DNA from: an uncultured Bacteroidales bacterium
Lineage (GTDB): Bacteria > Bacteroidota > Bacteroidia > Bacteroidales > WCHB1-69
Length of the DNA stretch: 64,000 nt
Assembly (NCBI GenBank): GCA_937901455.1
Contig: CALDIA010000054.1
Coordinates: 5,224 to 69,223 of the forward strand
Direction of reading: 5' to 3'
Under the pieces are notes generated by a model, which saw only the letters and a list, made by a program, of their open reading frames with translations, was not told the DNA's origin and searched no databases. Each line of letters begins with the position of its first letter. The stretch's first letter is position 1. Positions 57,213 to 64,000 of the stretch are shown piece after piece. A program made the translations under genes and the position numbers.

Positions 57213-57438
57213 TACATTCATACATGCGTCCATAAAAAATATTTTCATCAATATAATATGCAAATAATCAGTTAGATACTCTATATGCCTCCAAAATTCC
57301 TGTCAAAACTGTATCCATTTTTTCTTTGTTTCCACGCACCCTTTTCCGCAAATCAGTATATTATGAAGCCTCTTTAAAGTCAGTGATAGATTCTTTTAAA
57401 ATTATGCATTTTTTATATTGATTTATCAAAGAAAACAT

Positions 57439-57446
57439 TATATTTG
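57439..57446 (+). promoter_or_regulatory. -7 promoter box TATATTTG for the giant ORF
   Basis: 96 nt upstream of the ATG at 57543. Confidence 0.45.
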
Positions 57447-57542
57447 CAGGCTTTTTTGTTTAATCCGCAAGAAGTGTTTTTTGAAGAGTAAAAATAATGT
57501 AATATCAAACCAAAAATTATTGTTTAACTAAAATCAATTACA

Positions 57543-60500
57543 ATGAAAAAGTTCGACTTTTTTAAGGCTTTACCTTCAATGGTAAAGAGGTTTTCCGCAC
57601 TGATGCTCGTCATGCTGATGGCGGTAACCGCTGTGTTCGCACAGTATGCAGGAACCGGAACTTTTGTCAAGATTAATTCCGTGGATGAACTGACATCCGG
57701 GTATTATGTGGTGACAAACCAGACCGGCGCGTACGCGATGAAGAATGAAAATTCTACAGGTAGTACTACTTACCTGTTTAGTACGGATGCTGTTTTTACA
57801 AATCCTTCTGCTAATATTGTATGGAATGTGACGGTTGCCGATGGCGTAGTCACCCTGTACAATGAAGCTGTTGAGAAGTATGCGGCCTATTCTGGCTCTG
57901 GCAATTCTGCTTTCATGTCGGCCACGTTGTCAGACCAGTCTCGCTGGACAGTTTCCCTGGATGCGGCTGGTAATTTCATGGTAGCCAATGTGGGCGTAAA
58001 TACTCGCTATTTGAGCTATAATGCCTCCTCCCCCCGTTTTGCCTGCTATGGCAATAACAACCAAGAGGAGCTTAATTTCTATAAACTTCAGGATGCCGAG
58101 GCTGTGACGCCTCCAACTTTTTCTGTAGCTGGTGGTTTCCAGTATGAACCTGTTACCTTGACATTGAGCGCCCCCGCTGGCGCATCGGTGTACTACACAT
58201 TGGATGGCTCAACACCAACAACAGCCTCCACGCTCTACACCACTTCTATCAACATCACCACGAATACTACAGTGCAAGCCATTGCCGTAGTGGGTGGCGA
58301 GGCAAGCGCGGTGGTTTCTGCCACTTACTCTTTTCCTGTGACGACTACCACCCTGGCCTTCCGTCAGGACGGCGAAGCAAATGTGGTATATGATATTCCC
58401 AACTGTATTTTCGTATATAAGAGCGGCCGCTATGTGTTCGTGAAGGACGCCACTGGTGGTCTTTGCGTGTATGATTATAATACTCCTGTCTTAGCTTCCT
58501 ATCAGGAAGGCGATGTGATTCCTCATATTTATGGCAAACGTTCTGTGTATAATGGCTTGACAGAGTTGGTGCCCACACATGGTACTGACGCTGCCACCGA
58601 CAATGTGGGACCTCAGGCTCCAATTACCCTTACCGCAGACGATGTGCTGAACAACTACAGCACCTACGAAGGTATGTTGGTACGATTGACAAATGTGACT
58701 TTCACAGGCAACCGTCAGTTTGTGCCAGCAACCAGAAACAGTGTTACATTCAGCCAGAATGGTTCCAACAATATGTATATTTACAACGCTTTCTCCACCC
58801 TCAGCGCTAACGTGGTAACCGGTATGCACGCCGATGTGGTAGGTTTTCTCTGTGCTTACAATGCCCAGAAACAGCTTTATGCCCGCGATAATGCCGACAT
58901 TCACCAATACGAAGTAGCGCTGCCTTATACAGAAGATTTTGAGGGGGTTACCAACCAATGGACCTTTGTGCAAGACGATCAGGTCAACCAATGGTATATT
59001 GGCCAGGCTGTTGGTCTGCAGAATAAAGGTATGTTTATTTCTGACAATGGTAATACCAACAAATACAACATAACCACAGAATCAACGTCCCATGCCTATC
59101 TCGATGTAATGGTTCCCGCAGAAGGTGCCATGCTCAGCTTTGACTACCGTGTTGGTGGCGAAGGAACGAGCGCGAAGTATGACTATATGGCTGTTGCTGT
59201 AGTGGACAATGATGTTGCGCCCATATCTAACACGCCTATGACGGAGTATGTTACCGAGTTGAACCTGTCTGATGGTTGGCAACGTGCTTATGTGCAATTG
59301 GAAGGTGAAACTGAAACCACCACGAAACGCGTAGTGCTTACTTGGTTAAATGATGTCAGTTTTGGTTCCCAACCTGCCGCTGCCGTTGACAACATTGTCA
59401 TCACGGCCGGCTCCTGTCTGCCTGTGGCAGACTTGGCCATCTCCGACATCACATCCTCTTCGGCCACCATTTCTTGGACCAACGAAAGCGATGTGACTTG
59501 GCAAGTAGAATATAAGGCTGCCGATGCGACTGAATGGACGACCTTGAACGCGTTAGGCAATTCGGTAAACTTGGCGAACCTTGCCTCCAACACCACTTAC
59601 AATGTGCGAGTGAAGACGGTATGCAGCGCCAACTTAAACAGCCAATATGTAAACACCACCTTTACAACGCTGTCAGCATGTCTTGCTGCCGAGGATGTAA
59701 CCGTTACCCCAGCTGCCAATTCCGCAGAAGTAACCTGGACGGTTGCTTCCCACTCCCAATATGACGTGCAATATAAGCCGGCCAGTGCTACAGAGTGGAT
59801 TACCATAATCACAGGAGTGACTTCTGTTCCCGTGACGATTGGTGGCTTGTCCGAAAGCACCGCTTACAATGTGCGTGTGATAACCCATTGTATGTTGGAT
59901 GAAGGTACCAGCACCTCTGATGTGGTGAACTTTACCACTTCTGAGGAATGTGCCGCTCCGCTCTTCACCGCTACCGTTAACGGCAATCAAATTGAAGTTA
60001 ACTGGACAAACACGAACTATTTTAATAACTATACACTGCAATATCAATTAGTTGGCTCTGATTTGTGGTCTTCTGAGATTAGTGTGTCTCAACCTCCTTA
60101 CATTATCAGTCCTGTGGAAACCGCTTCTTCTTATATCATCCGTATGAAGACTTCATGCAATCATGGTACTATGGAGAGCAATTACAGTACTATTACGGTG
60201 GACGTTCCCTGCCAGAATGGTACCAGTCCTGTTGATTTGACCATTGGTACAGGAACATCCACATCTTACTATTCTCCCTACAACAACTATTATGGTAATT
60301 CTTGGAACGAGAGCATCTATTTGGCCAGTGAAATCGGCACTGCTGGTACAATTAACAACATTGCTTACTATGTAGGAACTGCCACTTCTTATAGCGTAAA
60401 CCAAGTGAAAGTGTATATGGGTCACACTACCAAGACCCAACACGCTTCCTCTTCCGACTGGACTCCGTTGTCTGATCTTACCTTGGTGTACACAGGCAAT

Positions 60501-63500
60501 AACCTTGTTTTAGGCTCTGCCACCGGATGGGAATATGTCAACTTTGACACTCCGTTCGACTACAATGGCAATGACAACCTTGTTGTGGTAGTTACCCACT
60601 CTGCCAACAGTTACACCAGCGGTCTGAAATACAACTACACCTCCAGCACCAACAGAGTGTTGTACAGACAGGCAGACAATAACACTTCTTATGCAGAGCA
60701 TCCGGGATCCAACTCGGGAACCCTTACTTATTATCTGCCCAACATTATGATTCATATGGGTTCTTGTTACGACCAACCTATGTGCGCGGCCCCTGAAAAC
60801 GTAACTGTTTCCAACATAACCAACACCTCCGCACAGGTTACTTGGACGGGCAATCCCACCAGTTCCTATGTCGTGAAAGTAACCGCACCTGATGCTACCA
60901 TGTGGTACAACGTTACTGGCAACACCTACACGCTGACAGGATTAACGCCTAACAGAACACAATACAGTGTTGTAGTAGCAAGCCAATGTGGTGAAAACAT
61001 CTATTCGCTTTATAGCGACATTGTGAACTTTGAGACAGAGTGTGAAGCATTGTCTCTGCCTTATGCCCAGAACTTTGACGGCTACAACGGCACCACCTCC
61101 TCTACGGTAAATATTCTGCCCAGTTGCTGGTCAAAAATCAATGCGGGTACTTCCTATACGGGTTATCCTACCACATACAACTCTTCCTCCTATTCTGCCA
61201 GCGGCAGCAACTCGTTGAGATTCTATGTCTATTCTACTACCTCATATCAAGATCAATATGCTATTTTGCCTGCAACGGATGCAAATGTGAATGAGTTGAT
61301 GGTTAACTTCGACATGAGAGCTTACTCTACCAGCAGCTCTACCTATCGTAGTGAATTGACTGTTGGTGTGATGACAGATCCTACGGATGCTTCCACCTTT
61401 ACTCCTATCCAGACCGTCACCACCACCAATACATCTTATAATAATTATACAATATATTTAAGTAACTACACAGGAAATGGCAGTTATATTGCTCTTAAGG
61501 CAACAAAACCGAGCGCAGCACCTGCATACAATGTGTTTTATGTAGATAATTTGTCGGTTGACTATACCCCATCTTGTGTCGCTCCCACGATTACCAATTA
61601 CAATGCCACTGCCAAGTTGCTCTCTTGGGAGGCTGGTCAGATTGGAACTCCTCAAGGATATCAGGTGATGTGTGCGTCTAACACTGCCCCGACGGTGATC
61701 TACAACTTCGCCGTCACTACAGAAGGCACGCTGTTAGGTTTGCAAGGCTTGACCACCTACGCTGTGTATGTAAGAACTATTTGTGGCGAGGGCGATACCA
61801 GTGTTTGGTCTGCACCTTACCAAATTGAAACGCCTGCTGACGGCTGTCTTGCCCCTTCCAATGTGGTTTGCGAACTCGACAACAACTCCAATGTGGTTCT
61901 TTCCTGGGTGGCCGATCCAGAGCAAAATATTTGGGCTGTAACCTATAAGATGAGTGACGCTCCTTTCTGGTCTGCTCCTGTCATGGTTACAGGCACACCT
62001 ACCGTAACCATTTCCGGTTTGCAGACAGCGGCTTTCTACCAATTCCGGGTAAATGCTGTTTGTAATGGAGGCGCTTCCGAGAGTGACTACGCTACAAGTT
62101 CTCTGTACATTCCTTGTTCTACCAGTACAGGATCTCCTGATGTGGAGGTCGGTACCGGTACGTCTGCATCCAACTATGTCGCTTTCAACAATTACTATAA
62201 AAATTCCAGAAATGAATCTATTTATTTGGCCAGTGAATTGGGACATGGCGGTGTCATTACCGACATCTCTTTCTATGTACAAGGTACGGGCACTCATGCC
62301 ACCAATACCCTGAACATTTACTTGGCCCACACAGACAAAACAACATTTGCCTCTACCAGCGACTGGACACCTGCAGCTGACATGACTTTGGTTTATTCCT
62401 CTACAGGTGAGACCATTGGTTCTTCCTCTTCAGGTTGGAAGACATTCACCTTTGATACGCCTTTCAACTATAATGGAACGGACAACTTGGTATTGATTGT
62501 AACGCGTACAGCTTCCAGCTATGTGAGCTCATTGACTCACAGATATACAAGCCAAAGCAACAGAGTGCTGTATCGTCAGAGCGACTCCTACGCTTATTAT
62601 GCAGATGTTACCAATAGCACTGCTGGTACTCGTTCCACCTATGTACCCAATGCCATCTTCACCATCTTGCCAGATTGTGACGATCCTATATTGTGCGATG
62701 CAGTGGTTAATACCGTTTCTTTGGACAATGTGGGCAGCAACGATGTAACCGTTAGCTGGACAGCTACCAATGCCGTTTCGTACGTGGTGGAATATGGTCC
62801 ACAAGGCTTTTCTTCCGGTGCTGGCACGCAGATAACGACTACGGGCACCTCGATGACCATTAACAACATGGAGCCTTCCACGGCTTACGACATTGTGATT
62901 TACCCTGTCTGTGCCAATGACAACACGGGCACACCTGCGCGCGTAACTGCCAATACAGCTTGTGGTTTGATTACCGTTACGGAGACCAACCCGTGGTTGG
63001 AAACCTTTGATGTGAACTACTCTGGTAGTGGCGCTGTGTCTCTTGGTGAATGCTGGGCTACACCAATCACCTCTTCACAGAGCAATGGTACTTTCCCGGC
63101 TGTTTATACTGGTTACTCTGCCGCTACTTACTCCGGAGACAACTCTTTGGAGATGAAGGGGGCTAACCAGATGGTTGTGCTTCCTGAGTTCAGCAATGAT
63201 ATCAACACGTTGCAATTCGACTTCTGGGCTAATACCACTGCTTCCTCATCCAATGCTTCTCAAGCCGGCACTATGGAGGTTGGTGTTGTGACTGATGTCA
63301 ATAACGAGAATACCTTCTTGGCTTTGTACACGGTTCCTCCTACCGCTTTCAACCGTACTGGTACGGATGCTGCTCATGCCGACCATGTAGGTCCTTTTAG
63401 TTTTGCTAACGTCACGCTTGATGTCAACCCTCGCATTGCCATTCGTATCACCAATGCTAACAATAGTAACTCTTGGAACCTTGACAACTTCAATGTTTCC

Positions 63501-64000
63501 TTGATTGGAGGCTCCTCGGATGAGATAATTATGGGTGAAACCTCCGCTGTTACCACTTGCGATGTAACCATTTATGACAACGGTGGTGCCGATGGTGCTT
63601 ACCTTAATAATTCTGATGAAACCTTAGTCATCACTCCTGCCACACCGGGCGCCGCATTGCATTTGACAGGAACCTATAGTATGGAATCAAATTGGGATTT
63701 CATCTACATCTATGATTCCGAGAACAACCTTGTGGCAACCCTTACGGGTTCGGGAACCGCTGATTACACCGTTAATGGTGCCATTACGTTGAACCTCACT
63801 TCTGATGGTAGTTATACAGACGCTGGCTTTGCCTTCCATGTGGAATGCGTAGATCCTGTTGAGCAACCCGATGCTTATGTGATGGGTGAAACCGCTTCCG
63901 TGACCAGTTGTAATGCTATTATTTATGATAATGGTGGCCAGAGTGGCGACTATATAAATTCTTCTGATGTGGATATGGTGCTCAATCCTGCCACACCGGG
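57543..64000 (+). CDS. giant secreted multidomain surface protein (adhesin-like; FN3, lectin/MAM-like, OB-fold-like and CUB-like modules), 5' 2,152 codons; continues past window end
   Basis: Absent from the ORF track because it has no stop in the window. I translated the frame codon by codon from the ATG at 57543 to 64000 and found no stop. Signal peptide MKKFDFFKALPSMVKRFSALMLVMLMAVTAVFAQ. At least 7 Cys-bounded FN3-like units (for example SSATISWTNESDVTWQVEYK...TTYNVRVKTVC). Confidence 0.9.
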   Translation, partial: MKKFDFFKALPSMVKRFSALMLVMLMAVTAVFAQYAGTGTFVKINSVDELTSGYYVVTNQTGAYAMKNENSTGSTTYLFSTDAVFTNPSANIVWNVTVADGVVTLYNEAVEKYAAYSGSGNSAFMSATLSDQSRWTVSLDAAGNFMVANVGVNTRYLSYNASSPRFACYGNNNQEELNFYKLQDAEAVTPPTFSVAGGFQYEPVTLTLSAPAGASVYYTLDGSTPTTASTLYTTSINITTNTTVQAIAVVGGEASAVVSATYSFPVTTTTLAFRQDGEANVVYDIPNCIFVYKSGRYVFVKDATGGLCVYDYNTPVLASYQEGDVIPHIYGKRSVYNGLTELVPTHGTDAATDNVGPQAPITLTADDVLNNYSTYEGMLVRLTNVTFTGNRQFVPATRNSVTFSQNGSNNMYIYNAFSTLSANVVTGMHADVVGFLCAYNAQKQLYARDNADIHQYEVALPYTEDFEGVTNQWTFVQDDQVNQWYIGQAVGLQNKGMFISDNGNTNKYNITTESTSHAYLDVMVPAEGAMLSFDYRVGGEGTSAKYDYMAVAVVDNDVAPISNTPMTEYVTELNLSDGWQRAYVQLEGETETTTKRVVLTWLNDVSFGSQPAAAVDNIVITAGSCLPVADLAISDITSSSATISWTNESDVTWQVEYKAADATEWTTLNALGNSVNLANLASNTTYNVRVKTVCSANLNSQYVNTTFTTLSACLAAEDVTVTPAANSAEVTWTVASHSQYDVQYKPASATEWITIITGVTSVPVTIGGLSESTAYNVRVITHCMLDEGTSTSDVVNFTTSEECAAPLFTATVNGNQIEVNWTNTNYFNNYTLQYQLVGSDLWSSEISVSQPPYIISPVETASSYIIRMKTSCNHGTMESNYSTITVDVPCQNGTSPVDLTIGTGTSTSYYSPYNNYYGNSWNESIYLASEIGTAGTINNIAYYVGTATSYSVNQVKVYMGHTTKTQHASSSDWTPLSDLTLVYTGNNLVLGSATGWEYVNFDTPFDYNGNDNLVVVVTHSANSYTSGLKYNYTSSTNRVLYRQADNNTSYAEHPGSNSGTLTYYLPNIMIHMGSCYDQPMCAAPENVTVSNITNTSAQVTWTGNPTSSYVVKVTAPDATMWYNVTGNTYTLTGLTPNRTQYSVVVASQCGENIYSLYSDIVNFETECEALSLPYAQNFDGYNGTTSSTVNILPSCWSKINAGTSYTGYPTTYNSSSYSASGSNSLRFYVYSTTSYQDQYAILPATDANVNELMVNFDMRAYSTSSSTYRSELTVGVMTDPTDASTFTPIQTVTTTNTSYNNYTIYLSNYTGNGSYIALKATKPSAAPAYNVFYVDNLSVDYTPSCVAPTITNYNATAKLLSWEAGQIGTPQGYQVMCASNTAPTVIYNFAVTTEGTLLGLQGLTTYAVYVRTICGEGDTSVWSAPYQIETPADGCLAPSNVVCELDNNSNVVLSWVADPEQNIWAVTYKMSDAPFWSAPVMVTGTPTVTISGLQTAAFYQFRVNAVCNGGASESDYATSSLYIPCSTSTGSPDVEVGTGTSASNYVAFNNYYKNSRNESIYLASELGHGGVITDISFYVQGTGTHATNTLNIYLAHTDKTTFASTSDWTPAADMTLVYSSTGETIGSSSSGWKTFTFDTPFNYNGTDNLVLIVTRTASSYVSSLTHRYTSQSNRVLYRQSDSYAYYADVTNSTAGTRSTYVPNAIFTILPDCDDPILCDAVVNTVSLDNVGSNDVTVSWTATNAVSYVVEYGPQGFSSGAGTQITTTGTSMTINNMEPSTAYDIVIYPVCANDNTGTPARVTANTACGLITVTETNPWLETFDVNYSGSGAVSLGECWATPITSSQSNGTFPAVYTGYSAATYSGDNSLEMKGANQMVVLPEFSNDINTLQFDFWANTTASSSNASQAGTMEVGVVTDVNNENTFLALYTVPPTAFNRTGTDAAHADHVGPFSFANVTLDVNPRIAIRITNANNSNSWNLDNFNVSLIGGSSDEIIMGETSAVTTCDVTIYDNGGADGAYLNNSDETLVITPATPGAALHLTGTYSMESNWDFIYIYDSENNLVATLTGSGTADYTVNGAITLNLTSDGSYTDAGFAFHVECVDPVEQPDAYVMGETASVTSCNAIIYDNGGQSGDYINSSDVDMVLNPATP

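Noticed and set aside
57247-57422. Imperfect inverted repeat (ATCAATATAA..TGCA / TGCA..TTATATTGAT) upstream of the giant ORF, resembling an invertible promoter switch
   Set aside because: The ~140-bp segment between the arms contains no -7 box on either strand. The candidate promoter (57439) lies outside it and no invertase or recombinase gene is adjacent. A 10-bp AT-only repeat is plausible by chance in this AT-rich spacer.
58345-63571. About a dozen minus-strand ORFs of 65-198 aa, the only ORFs the track reports in this region
   Set aside because: All are antisense shadows of the single uninterrupted plus-strand ORF that I verified codon by codon. Their sequences are low-complexity (G/V/S/T/H-rich).

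Overview
This 64-kb window looks like chromosomal DNA from a Bacteroidota genome, probably Bacteroidales (Prevotella/Porphyromonas-like). Three things support that. The promoter -7 box TAnnTTTG recurs upstream of most transcription units. Several proteins end in T9SS C-terminal sorting domains. The gene content fits: a CcsBA fusion, a DUF1573-yajC-nusB block, and a C10 protease. About 85% of the window is coding and most of it is housekeeping: trkAH, purB, upp, guaB, mnmG, ybeY, rpiB, fabG, gap, ackA, trxA, yajC, nusB, queA, purM, a UvrD/PcrA helicase, and three tRNAs. I found no CRISPR array, no intact mobile element and no recognisable defence island. The items most worth a second look are listed here. 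(1) An open-ended ORF of more than 2,152 codons (57543 to the window end) is absent from the supplied ORF track. It encodes a modular secreted surface protein containing a diverged internal supermodule duplication. (2) An orphan 433-aa PP-loop-like protein (42599..43900) has an N-terminal domain I cannot assign. (3) Two candidate small-RNA loci are defined only by promoter, hairpin and U-tract signals (45122..45248 minus strand, 23143..23277 plus strand). (4) A porin, imelysin and di-haem (DUF1111) operon sits directly beside a separately promoted CcsBA cytochrome c maturation gene. (5) Two mobile-element scars are present: an IS30 transposase C-terminal relic, and a tyrosine-integrase relic facing the 3' end of tRNA-Asp. 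(6) Two unexplained non-coding stretches are present: a GC-rich island between trkA and purB, and a 0.6-kb AT-rich region containing palindromes. All family names come from motif recognition by eye, because no database search was possible.
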